From a candidate division WOR-3 bacterium (GTDB lineage Bacteria > Hydrothermota > Tepidihabitantia > Tepidihabitantales > Tepidihabitantaceae): a stretch of 60,584 nucleotides of DNA. Location of the stretch: NCBI GenBank assembly GCA_039801365.1, contig JBDRUN010000004.1, positions 1-60,584 of the forward strand, written 5' to 3'. This document shows, piece by piece, positions 9,370 through 17,645 of this stretch (its first letter is position 1; every line of letters begins with the position of its first letter). Below the pieces are notes generated by a model. It was given only the letters and a program-made list of their open reading frames with translations. It made no database searches and was not told the origin of the DNA. Position numbers and translations under genes: made by a program.

Positions 9370-9828
9370 ATGAGAAATATGGTTATTAGAGACCGCGCGC
9401 GCCTTTTCCATGTTTCCGAAGCGGCCAATCTGGCGCTGCATGCGATGGCAGTCCTGGCCGGCTCTGGAGACCGGGCCGTGCGGACGCGGGAAATTGCTGA
9501 CAATCTTCAGGTATCTGCTGCCCATCTGGCCAAGGTGATGGCAATGCTCGAACGGGCCGGGCTGGTCACTGGCACGCGCGGCCCCTGCGGCGGCTACCGC
9601 CTGACCAGACCTGGTGCCGGCGTAACGCTGGCAGAAATCTACGAGGCAATTGAAGGCCCACTTGGAGCCGGAACATGCATCTTCGGTATACCGATATGCA
9701 ACGGCAGCCGCTGTCCGCTCGGAAAATACTTCAGTCAGGTAAACCGCAACGCGGCCGCGAAGCTGAGAAAAACAAGACTGTCGGAAATTAACCTAACCGG
9801 GAGAGCAAAGCATGGGAAGAAAGCGTAA
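9370..9828 (+). CDS. Rrf2-family transcriptional regulator (NsrR/IscR-like)
   Basis: wHTH region REIADNLQVSAAHLAKVMAMLERAGLV and a C-terminal Cys cluster C-x6-C-x4-C. The upstream part of ORF 9118..9828 contains the promoter and is rejected. Confidence 0.85.
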   Translation: MRNMVIRDRARLFHVSEAANLALHAMAVLAGSGDRAVRTREIADNLQVSAAHLAKVMAMLERAGLVTGTRGPCGGYRLTRPGAGVTLAEIYEAIEGPLGAGTCIFGIPICNGSRCPLGKYFSQVNRNAAAKLRKTRLSEINLTGRAKHGKKA

Positions 9829-10660
9829 GATAATCAAAATAGACGAAGAGAAGTGTACCGGGTGCGGTCAGTGCATACCCAATTGTCCGGAAGGCGCATT
9901 GCAGGTGATTGACGGCAAGGCGCGGCTTGTCTCAGACCTGTTCTGTGACGGACTGGGCGCGTGTGTCGGTCACTGTCCGGAAGGCGCAATGACGGTGATT
10001 GAACGTGAAGCCGAGCCGTACGACGAAGCCAGAGTGATGGCCAACATCGTCAAGGCCGGGCCCAACACTATCGCCGCACACCTGGCACATCTGAAAGACC
10101 ATGGTGCTATTGACTACCATAACCAGGCGGTCGCCTATCTAAGGCAACACAACATCCCCATTCCGGGTGAGAAGAAAACACTTGCCTGCGGCTGCCCCGG
10201 CTCTGCGGTCCGTGAACTTTCACCTTCTGTCGCAGTCGCTCGCACAACTGACCACTCAATCCCTCGGCCTCTGTCGCATCTGCGCAACTGGCCGATCCAA
10301 CTGATGCTGGTACCGGTTTCAGCTCCTTATCTCAAAGGTGCGGACCTTCTGATTTCGGCCGACTGTGTGGGCTCTTCGCACCCCAACTTCCACGAGGAAC
10401 TTGTCAGAAACCGGATTCTTCTCATTGCCTGCCCTAAACTGGACGATGCACAATTCTATGTAGAGAAACTGACCGAGCTGTTCCGGACTGCAAAGCCGAA
10501 GTCTGTAACCGTGGCGCATATGACCGTACCCTGCTGCTATGGTCTTGTGCAACTGGTACAGCAGGCAATAGAAGATTCGGGCGAGGTCATTCCGTTCGCC
10601 GAAGTTACGATAGACATAGATGGCAAGACAGTGAAACAAACCCAAGGAGTAAAATCGTGA
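9812..10660 (+). CDS. 4Fe-4S dicluster-domain protein associated with hcp
   Basis: CTGCGQCIPNCP and CDGLGACVGHCP ferredoxin motifs. 17-nt overlap with rrf2 and 4-nt overlap with hcp. Confidence 0.7.
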   Translation: MGRKRKIIKIDEEKCTGCGQCIPNCPEGALQVIDGKARLVSDLFCDGLGACVGHCPEGAMTVIEREAEPYDEARVMANIVKAGPNTIAAHLAHLKDHGAIDYHNQAVAYLRQHNIPIPGEKKTLACGCPGSAVRELSPSVAVARTTDHSIPRPLSHLRNWPIQLMLVPVSAPYLKGADLLISADCVGSSHPNFHEELVRNRILLIACPKLDDAQFYVEKLTELFRTAKPKSVTVAHMTVPCCYGLVQLVQQAIEDSGEVIPFAEVTIDIDGKTVKQTQGVKS

Positions 10661-12309
10661 GCATGTTCTGCTATCAGTGTGAACAGACCGCCAAAGGTAC
10701 CGGTTGCACCGTACAGGGTGTCTGCGGCAAGGACGAAAGGACAGCAGTCCTGCAGGACCTGCTGGTATACGCCACCAAGGGCATAGCAATGTATGCACAT
10801 CGGGCAGCTGAAATGGGAGCGTTCGACCCGGAAGTGAACCGATTCACAGTTGAGGCGCTGTTCTCGACCATCACCAATGTGGACTTTGACCCGGAGCGAC
10901 TGCACGGTCTGCTCAAGCGTGCCGCGCAGGTGAAAGACAAGGCGAAGAAGCTGTATGAGGACGCAGCAAGGAAAGCGGGCAAGCAGGTAGAGAATCTGTC
11001 CGGGCCGGCTGCCTGGACTCCGGCCGCGGATATTCCGGGTCTGGTGGAACAAGGACGTGACAAGGGTATCCTCAAGCGCCACGAACGGTTCGGCCACGAC
11101 ATCGCCGGCCTACTTGACCTTATCCTCTTCGGTCTCAAAGGGATTGCCGCGTATACTGACCACGCCGCCATCCTGGGCCGGGAATCGAACGAGCACTATG
11201 CAGACATCTTCCGCCTGCTTGACCTTATCTCGCACGACACCTTCACCGCCGAGGAGCTTGTTGCCGCTGCACTCAAGGCCGGCGAAGTCAATCTCAAGGC
11301 TATGGAACTGCTCGATGCAGCCAACACCGGCACCTATGGTCATCCGGAGCCGACCAAGGTGCGTATCACCCCGCGTAAAGGCAAGGCAATCCTTGTGTCC
11401 GGTCACGACCTGCGTGATTTGGAACTTATCCTGAAGCAGACCGAAGACAAAGGCATCAACGTCTACACCCATGGCGAGATGCTGCCCTGCCATGGTTATC
11501 CGGGTTTGAAGAAGTACAAACATCTTGCCGGCCACTTCGGTACTGCCTGGCAGAACCAGCAGAAGGAATTCCCGAACTTTCCGGGCGCCATCGTCATGAC
11601 TACCAACTGCATCCAGCGACCACAGAAAAGCTACTTTGAACGCATCTTCACCACCGGGCTGGTCGCCTGGCCGGGCGTTCCTCACATCGGCCCGGATAAA
11701 GACTTCACGCCGGTTATCAATGCCGCGCTTGCCGCACCGGGTTTTGACGCAGACGGCGAAGAGAAGTACATTACGGTCGGATTCGGCCACAACGCGGTGA
11801 TGTCTCTCGCGGACAAGGTCATCGAACTGGTCAAGGCGGGCAAGATAAAGCGCTTCTTCCTCATTGGCGGTTGCGACGGCTCAAAGCCGGAGCGCAACTA
11901 CTATACCGAATTCGCCCAGAAAGTGCCAAAGGATTGCCTGATTCTCACCCTTGCCTGCGGCAAGTTCAAGTTCAACCGGCTTGAGTTCGGCGACATTGGC
12001 GGCATCCCGCGCCTTCTGGACGTAGGCCAATGCAATGACGCCTACTCGGCCATCCAGATTGCCGCGGCCTTGGCCCAGGCGTTCAACACCGACGTCAACG
12101 GTCTGCCGCTCTCGCTTATCATCTCCTGGTACGAGCAGAAAGCGGTCGCGGTGCTCCTGACCCTGCTCTCCCTCGGTATCAAGAACATCCGGCTGGGCCC
12201 GAGCCTGCCCGCATTCGTCACGCCCAACATGCTCAAAGTGCTTGTTGACAAGTTCAACATCACGCCCATCACGACTCCCGACGCCGACTTGAAGGCGATT
12301 CTGGGCTAG
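10657..12309 (+). CDS. hcp: hybrid cluster protein (hydroxylamine reductase)
   Basis: N-terminal MFCYQCEQTAKGTGC cysteine motif, 550 aa with Hcp-typical sequence throughout. AAGGAG lies 7 nt before GTG 10657; ATG 10663 is an alternative start. Confidence 0.95.
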   Translation: MSMFCYQCEQTAKGTGCTVQGVCGKDERTAVLQDLLVYATKGIAMYAHRAAEMGAFDPEVNRFTVEALFSTITNVDFDPERLHGLLKRAAQVKDKAKKLYEDAARKAGKQVENLSGPAAWTPAADIPGLVEQGRDKGILKRHERFGHDIAGLLDLILFGLKGIAAYTDHAAILGRESNEHYADIFRLLDLISHDTFTAEELVAAALKAGEVNLKAMELLDAANTGTYGHPEPTKVRITPRKGKAILVSGHDLRDLELILKQTEDKGINVYTHGEMLPCHGYPGLKKYKHLAGHFGTAWQNQQKEFPNFPGAIVMTTNCIQRPQKSYFERIFTTGLVAWPGVPHIGPDKDFTPVINAALAAPGFDADGEEKYITVGFGHNAVMSLADKVIELVKAGKIKRFFLIGGCDGSKPERNYYTEFAQKVPKDCLILTLACGKFKFNRLEFGDIGGIPRLLDVGQCNDAYSAIQIAAALAQAFNTDVNGLPLSLIISWYEQKAVAVLLTLLSLGIKNIRLGPSLPAFVTPNMLKVLVDKFNITPITTPDADLKAILG

Positions 12310-12374
12310 TCTTCGACGCGGGACATGACCCGGCCGGGGACATGCCCCAATTTCGTCCGGGAAATTGGGATCGT

Positions 12375-12392
12375 GGAGCTTGTCTAGAAACC
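12375..12392. repeat. left terminal inverted repeat core of the IS
   Basis: GGAGCTTGTCTAGAAACC matches the reverse complement of 14029-14046 (GGAGCTTGTCCAAAAACC) at 16/18 positions. Confidence 0.6.
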
Positions 12393-12471
12393 TTTCCGCC
12401 ATGGCTCGGGATAGCGTGTTCCGCCCCGCAAGGCACGTATTCGGGTCGCGGCCGGCGACTTCTGTCTTGGG

Positions 12472-13941
12472 CTAAGTCGCCCAGGCCAACTTGGCCTCGC
12501 CCTTCAGAACTTTCCAGCTCATCTTCAGCAGGTTCAGTGCAGTAGTCATCCACTTCCACTCCAGCCCGGCCCCCCGCTGGCCGCGAAGTAGAAACTGCCG
12601 GAATCCCCCTATTATCTTGAGCTGTCCGATTGCCGGCTCTACCAGGCATTTTCTGCGACCGTAGACCTTCTTGCCTTCTTCCGTCCCAAGCTTCTGCCGC
12701 ATTCTCGCCCGCTCTTCCTCGTAGTCGTCCCGACTGATCGACCGGCCCAAGAGATTGTTACTCGGGGTGCACTGCACCTTGCGCGGACACGCAAGACACA
12801 CACCACGCGGCGCTCGGTAGACTCGTCTCGTCTGCTCGCTGTACTTGGTCTTGCTGTGGCGCTCAGATGTCCGCGTCATCGTCTGTCCCGCCGGGCACTC
12901 GTAGCAGTCACGCTCTCGGTCATAGCGGAATTCCTCCCGACCGTATAGCTCCGAATCTCTTCTCGCCATTCGCCCAATATGCTTCTCCTCGGTCTCCGGG
13001 ATGTACCCCTCCACCCGCCCTTCTTCCAGAAGCTTGAGATTGGGGCCGCTCCGGTATCCGGCATCAGCCAGGAGCCGCTCCGGCTTCCGACCCGTGGCTT
13101 CTTCGATTCCCGCTAATGCTGGCGCGACCTGGTTGACGTCAACCGGCTCGATCGTCACTTCCGCATAGACAATCATCTGATGTTCATTCACCGCCACCTG
13201 CGCGTTGTATGCCGGCAATGACCCGGCCGGACCGTGCATGTAGCCCGCATCAATGTCCGTGCTGCTCATAAGAGCCTTCTTATCCCCGCGGCGGTCGGCC
13301 TCGGCCAGTATCTCCTTGATCTTCTCCACTCGCGCCTGCTTCTGTTCCAGCTCGGCGGGCAACTCGTCGCCCCGGCGCTCTTCACCGTAGGCCGCATCGT
13401 CCGCCCGGTCCGCTTCCTCGGCTTCGTCCAGCATCCGCTGGATCTCTTCTTCCAGCCGGGTCAGCTCTTTCTGCCACTCGGCCGGCCGCTTGAAGCTGTC
13501 GATGCCGGCGCTGGCACGTACCTTCGTACCATCCAGAGCCACCAGCCCCAACTGGCACAGCCCCAGGTCCCGGGCAATGCCCAGGACCTGGGCAAACAGC
13601 CGCTTCAACGCGGCCGGGTTGTTACGCCGGAACAGGCAGATGGTTCGAAAGTCCGGCTGTTCCATACCGGCCAGCCACATGAACACCACGTCTGCACCCA
13701 GCCGCTCCGCCAGCTTCCGGCTCGCCCGCACACCGTTGGCGTAGCCCCACAGAAGCACTTTCAGCATCATCCGGGGAGCAAAACAGGGCCGGCCTTCGTG
13801 ATGCACCGTCCGAAACTCGGACACGTCCAGGTGGTCAATGATGTCTGAGATGACGCGGGCCGGATGGTCGGCCCGCACCCACTCATCCAGGCAGGGTGGC
13901 AACAGAAACATCTTGCGCTGGTCATAGGGGCGTACTGGCAT
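12472..13941 (-). CDS. IS1182-family DDE transposase
   Basis: 489 aa. N-terminal DUF772-like region (FLLPPCLDEWVRADHPARVISDIIDHLD, MLKVLLWGYANGVRASRKL) and a C-terminal DDE domain with a Cys-rich insert. Confidence 0.9.
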   Translation of the reverse strand: MPVRPYDQRKMFLLPPCLDEWVRADHPARVISDIIDHLDVSEFRTVHHEGRPCFAPRMMLKVLLWGYANGVRASRKLAERLGADVVFMWLAGMEQPDFRTICLFRRNNPAALKRLFAQVLGIARDLGLCQLGLVALDGTKVRASAGIDSFKRPAEWQKELTRLEEEIQRMLDEAEEADRADDAAYGEERRGDELPAELEQKQARVEKIKEILAEADRRGDKKALMSSTDIDAGYMHGPAGSLPAYNAQVAVNEHQMIVYAEVTIEPVDVNQVAPALAGIEEATGRKPERLLADAGYRSGPNLKLLEEGRVEGYIPETEEKHIGRMARRDSELYGREEFRYDRERDCYECPAGQTMTRTSERHSKTKYSEQTRRVYRAPRGVCLACPRKVQCTPSNNLLGRSISRDDYEEERARMRQKLGTEEGKKVYGRRKCLVEPAIGQLKIIGGFRQFLLRGQRGAGLEWKWMTTALNLLKMSWKVLKGEAKLAWAT

Positions 13942-14028
13942 AGACGATACCGCTCCTTTCGTCGGACCGGCCGATTGTCGGAGGGAAGACGGTCAATCCA
14001 CTATATTAGACGCGCCAACCCGCACCCA

Positions 14029-14046
14029 GGTTTTTGGACAAGCTCC
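14029..14046. repeat. right terminal inverted repeat core of the IS
   Basis: GGTTTTTGGACAAGCTCC is the reverse-complement partner of 12375-12392. Confidence 0.6.
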
Positions 14047-14074
14047 GTGTCCCAAGTCCGGACCAAGTCGCCAG

Positions 14075-14103
14075 CGGGCCGCGGTTCTCCCCGCGGCCCG
14101 TTT
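14075..14103 (+). terminator. intrinsic-terminator-like hairpin, probably the original hcp terminator
   Basis: CGGGCCGCGG-ttctcc-CCGCGGCCCG (10-bp stem) followed by TTT. It is the first strong hairpin downstream of hcp once the IS is removed. Confidence 0.5.
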
Positions 14104-14107
14104 CAAC

Positions 14108-14135
14108 TTGACCGCTCTCCGCGACTGAGTATTCT
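14108..14135 (+). promoter_or_regulatory. sigma70-like promoter of the beta-propeller gene
   Basis: TTGACC, 16-nt spacer, TATTCT, then a 20-nt leader containing AGGAGG before the ATG at 14156. Confidence 0.45.
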
Positions 14136-14166
14136 CCAGAGCAGGAGGTAGCTGAATGGCACCTAG

Positions 14167-15849
14167 ATGGACAACCTCGCTTGCGCTTGTCGTACTGACA
14201 TTCTGACTCTCGTCTGCAAGAAGCCGCCAGTTGGCAACAAGCCCAACACCCCGGCCGCGCCGATGGGCATCTCCAACGGCGGGCGCAACACCTCTTACGA
14301 GTTCCTCGCCACAACCACCGACCCAGACAACGACAGCATCCGCTTCCGCTTCCAGTGGGACGACAATGCGGCTTCTGACTGGAGCAACTGGGTTGCGAGC
14401 GGTGAGACAGCAGCGCTGTGGCACACGTGGTCTGACCAAGGTATCTACCAAGTGAAGGCACAGGCCCAGGATCAGCCGGGCCTGTTGTCCGGATGGTCCA
14501 TGGCTCTCCAAGTCACCATCATCGCGACCTCCGCGCCCAACACACCTGGAACACCAACCGGCCCCGACTCCACGCGCAAAGACAGCCTCTGTACCTTCAC
14601 GACCATAGCCACTGATCCAGATGGTGACGGTGTAAGCTATCGGTTCGACTGGGGTGACGGCGATACATCAGCGTGGACCGAACTCGTCGCCAGCGGGAGC
14701 GGAGCGGGGACGTACCACGTCTGGAACGACACCGGCACTTTCCAGGTCGCGGTTCAGGCTCAGGACGAGGATGCTGCGGTCTCTGACTGGTCTGTGGTCT
14801 GCTCCATGGCCGTGTGGCGGCCCAAGTGGCGGTATCGGACCGGCGGACAGATATGGTCCTCGCCCGCGGTCGCGGATGACGGCACGGTCTATGTCGGGTC
14901 GAACGACACCTATCTGTACGCCGTCAATCCATCGGGCACGCTCAAGTGGCGCTATCAGACCGGCGGCCAGGTCAACTCCTCGCCCGCCATCGCGGCCGAC
15001 GGCACCGTCTATGTTGGGTCACTCGACAACTATCTCTACGCCATCAACCCCGACGGTTCGGTCAGGTGGCGCTACCAGACCGGCGACGATATCTGGACCT
15101 CGCCCGCCATCGCGGCCGACGGCACCGTCTATGTTGGGTCACTCGACAACCTCTACGCCATCAGCCCGAGCGGCAGCCTGAAGTGGCGGGACGAAATCGG
15201 CTACAACTCAGTCTCCTCTCCGGCAGTCGCATCTGACGGCACGGTGTACTTGGGGACTTCACAGCCCGGATACACCTATGCCATCGACCCGGACGGCACC
15301 ATCAAGTGGCGGTACGCGGTCGAACCCAATGTCCAGACCTCCCCTGTGGTCGCCGCAGACGGTACCATCTACGTAGGGTCCAACCGCTACCTCAATGCAC
15401 TGAACCCGAACGGTACACTCAAGTGGCGTTACGAGACTGGCAGCGCGGTTCAATCTTCTCCTGCAGTCGCAGAGGACGGCACTGTTTACGTGGGGTCTTG
15501 GGATCACTGCCTACACGCGATCAACCCGGACGGTACCCCTAAGTGGCGGCACGAGACCGACCATATTGTCACCTCGTCCCCAGCGGTTGCAGCTGACGGC
15601 ACGGTGTATGTAGGGTCAGCGGATGGCTACCTGTACGCCACCAATCCGGATGGTACACTCAGGTGGCGCCACGCAACACGCGCTGGAGTATACTCCTCCC
15701 CCGCCATTGCGGGCGACGGCGCGGTCTACGTTGGGTCAGACGATGGCTGCCTCTACGCCATCCAAGGCGACAGCCCACTTGCGAACTCCGCGTGGCCCAA
15801 GTTCCATCATGACAACAAGAACACCGGCCGCGTCGGAGGCGGGAGATAG
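14167..15849 (+). CDS. PQQ-like (BamB/YVTN-type) beta-propeller repeat protein with two N-terminal PKD-like domains; 5' end apparently frameshifted
   Basis: About 9 repeats of GT(L/I)KWRYxTGxxxxSSPA(I/V)AxDGTVYVGS. Two PKD-like units (TDPD(N/G)D...(F/Y)RF(Q/D)W(D/G)D). The SD-led ATG at 14156 encodes MAPRWTTSLALVVLTF* in another frame. Confidence 0.8.
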   Translation: MDNLACACRTDILTLVCKKPPVGNKPNTPAAPMGISNGGRNTSYEFLATTTDPDNDSIRFRFQWDDNAASDWSNWVASGETAALWHTWSDQGIYQVKAQAQDQPGLLSGWSMALQVTIIATSAPNTPGTPTGPDSTRKDSLCTFTTIATDPDGDGVSYRFDWGDGDTSAWTELVASGSGAGTYHVWNDTGTFQVAVQAQDEDAAVSDWSVVCSMAVWRPKWRYRTGGQIWSSPAVADDGTVYVGSNDTYLYAVNPSGTLKWRYQTGGQVNSSPAIAADGTVYVGSLDNYLYAINPDGSVRWRYQTGDDIWTSPAIAADGTVYVGSLDNLYAISPSGSLKWRDEIGYNSVSSPAVASDGTVYLGTSQPGYTYAIDPDGTIKWRYAVEPNVQTSPVVAADGTIYVGSNRYLNALNPNGTLKWRYETGSAVQSSPAVAEDGTVYVGSWDHCLHAINPDGTPKWRHETDHIVTSSPAVAADGTVYVGSADGYLYATNPDGTLRWRHATRAGVYSSPAIAGDGAVYVGSDDGCLYAIQGDSPLANSAWPKFHHDNKNTGRVGGGR

Positions 15850-15924
15850 TAACAGCCGGCTCAGCCAAGAAGACCAATGATTGAGAGGCGCAGCACCACT
15901 CCTGCTGGTCTTGGAGCTACCCCT

Positions 15925-16815
15925 TCACAACTCTTCACGGCGTTGCGGTGCGGCAAACCAGCGGAGCCCGAATGCATCGTTCAGCACACCAGCCAGCCTT
16001 CGCACAACTTCTCCACAATCTTGATGCAGGTCGGCGTGCACCACTGAGTCCAAGCGCCAGTTCCTAAAGAGTAGCAGTACGACGTCCGCAAGGGTCGGTT
16101 CGGAGTTGAACTTCGACTGCACTCTAGCGGCCACGGCCGCGCGACGGTACTTGCCACCGGGATAGAAACCCGGATACGTCAGGTAGAACTCGTGAAGAAA
16201 GACTACGCCTGTCACACCCTCGGCGAGTTGCCGGCATTTTTTCTTCACTTCCCTCAACAGACGGGTCGCTTCCCGGTCCAGTAGCTCTTGCTCGGGACGC
16301 AGAGCCCGCGTCTGGACGTGACTGTCCAATTCCTTCCACGTACACGCCGCCTCACCGCAGAAGGTCAGGTCCTCACTCTCTACCATGAGATCCGCTCGGG
16401 CGCGCTTGTTCACTTCTGGCCACAGTGATACGCCTTCTCCCCAGTGCCGTACGCTGAAACCCAGGATGGATGCTTCGAAGATAGCTGAAACAACAGTCCT
16501 GTAGGCACCAGCAGAGCCACCGCGCCATTCTGTGGCCAGACGACGCCGCAACCGACTCCAGCCATTGGTCTGCCCGTGACGGCGGGCGTACTCACGCAGC
16601 GCGGCGAGGTAGTCGCTGAAGTCTTCCAAGAGGGAGAACCGGTTCACGAGCCAGCGAAACTGACCCGGCTCAACATAATTCTCGGCCTGTGTCAGGGAGG
16701 GGTCTTCGACTTCCTGAAACCACTTCCCCCACACCTCAACTAGCGCCGAGTCTGCCGGCAACTCAAGAAGTGCCTTCCGAACTCGCTGCTCTTCTGCCGG
16801 GTCAGTGCAGAGCAC
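15925..16815 (-). CDS. hypothetical protein (296 aa), co-oriented 17 nt downstream of mazF
   Basis: Long GTG-initiated ORF with coding-like composition. No motif recognised. Confidence 0.55.
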   Translation of the reverse strand: MLCTDPAEEQRVRKALLELPADSALVEVWGKWFQEVEDPSLTQAENYVEPGQFRWLVNRFSLLEDFSDYLAALREYARRHGQTNGWSRLRRRLATEWRGGSAGAYRTVVSAIFEASILGFSVRHWGEGVSLWPEVNKRARADLMVESEDLTFCGEAACTWKELDSHVQTRALRPEQELLDREATRLLREVKKKCRQLAEGVTGVVFLHEFYLTYPGFYPGGKYRRAAVAARVQSKFNSEPTLADVVLLLFRNWRLDSVVHADLHQDCGEVVRRLAGVLNDAFGLRWFAAPQRREEL

Positions 16816-16832
16816 GGAATAGCCCCGACCTG

Positions 16833-17171
16833 CTAGTCTCCGATTATCTCGTTCAGTCCTTCTACGACCTGATTCAGTTCTTCTGCCGAGGCCCGGCCAA
16901 GTTTGCGGCCCAGGCGTTCGACTGACAGCGTCCGAACCTGGCTGATCTTCACCCAGGACCTCTTCGGCAGCTTGGGGTCGCTGAGTTCAAGGGTAAGGGG
17001 AAACCCGGCTGAGGGCGGTTGACTGGTCAAGGCCGCGGCAATCACGGTGCCCGAGCGCTCGTTGAACACATCCTGGCTCAGCACCAGCACTGGTCCTTGT
17101 CCCTCCTGCTCCCGGCCACGGGTCGGGTTCAAATCGGCCCAGACGATGTCGCCCCTCAGTATTTGGGCCAT
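16833..17171 (-). CDS. mazF: MazF/PemK-family endoribonuclease toxin
   Basis: [34 protein letters not shown] is the typical PemK N-terminus. Start trimmed to ATG 17171, giving a 16-nt overlap with the antitoxin gene. Confidence 0.85.
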   Translation of the reverse strand: MAQILRGDIVWADLNPTRGREQEGQGPVLVLSQDVFNERSGTVIAAALTSQPPSAGFPLTLELSDPKLPKRSWVKISQVRTLSVERLGRKLGRASAEELNQVVEGLNEIIGD

Positions 17172-17398
17172 TCCGCCGCCTCGGCCGACATACCTTCCTC
17201 GGCCATGGCCTGCTCCGACGCCCGGTCGAGCTTGGCGCACTCGACAGCGAGGCGGCTGCGCTCCAGGCGCGCCAGTTTCTCGCTCACCGCCTCCTGAACA
17301 GCGCGACTGCGGTTGGGAAACCTCCGATTCCTCACCAGCCGGTCCAGACGTTCGAGCAGGTCTCTATCCATCGTGACGGCCACTTTCGCGGTACTCAT
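17156..17398 (-). CDS. ribbon-helix-helix (CopG-type) antitoxin
   Basis: 80 aa. RHH N-terminus [23 protein letters not shown] lies 8 nt before the ATG. Sits upstream of and overlapping mazF. Confidence 0.8.
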   Translation of the reverse strand: MSTAKVAVTMDRDLLERLDRLVRNRRFPNRSRAVQEAVSEKLARLERSRLAVECAKLDRASEQAMAEEGMSAEAAEWPKY

Positions 17399-17645
17399 AC
17401 TGGCAACCTCCGGTATTACAATCTATCATACCAGAAGCTCCGTGTCAAATGGAGGCATAAGCCGACCCCAAGGACCGGTCGCGCGCGGCTTGCCCGCCAT
17501 ATTGAACAACTTTGCCAAGTATACTGAGTAGACTCGCGGGCACATGAGTTGACAACAGCAGTCCCGCCAAAGACACGAGGAAGTCTGCGCGAGGCTCAAC
17601 AATCTGAGGATGCCACGGCTGAACGCGATGCTGCCGGGCTTGTTC

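Larger units (their letters stand above)
12361..14056 (-). mobile_element. IS1182-family (IS5-like) insertion sequence, ~1.7 kb
   Basis: Single transposase ORF flanked by imperfect terminal inverted repeats (16/18 core identity, extendable with one indel). TCCGG is present immediately outside both ends (12356-12360 and 14057-14061). Confidence 0.7.

Noticed and set aside
13993-14511. Minus-strand ORFs 13993..14511 and 14006..14461 spanning the IS end and the propeller gene start
   Set aside because: They cross the IS terminal repeat, the terminator hairpin and the promoter/SD of the propeller gene, and they are antisense to its PKD-like domain. Low-complexity products.
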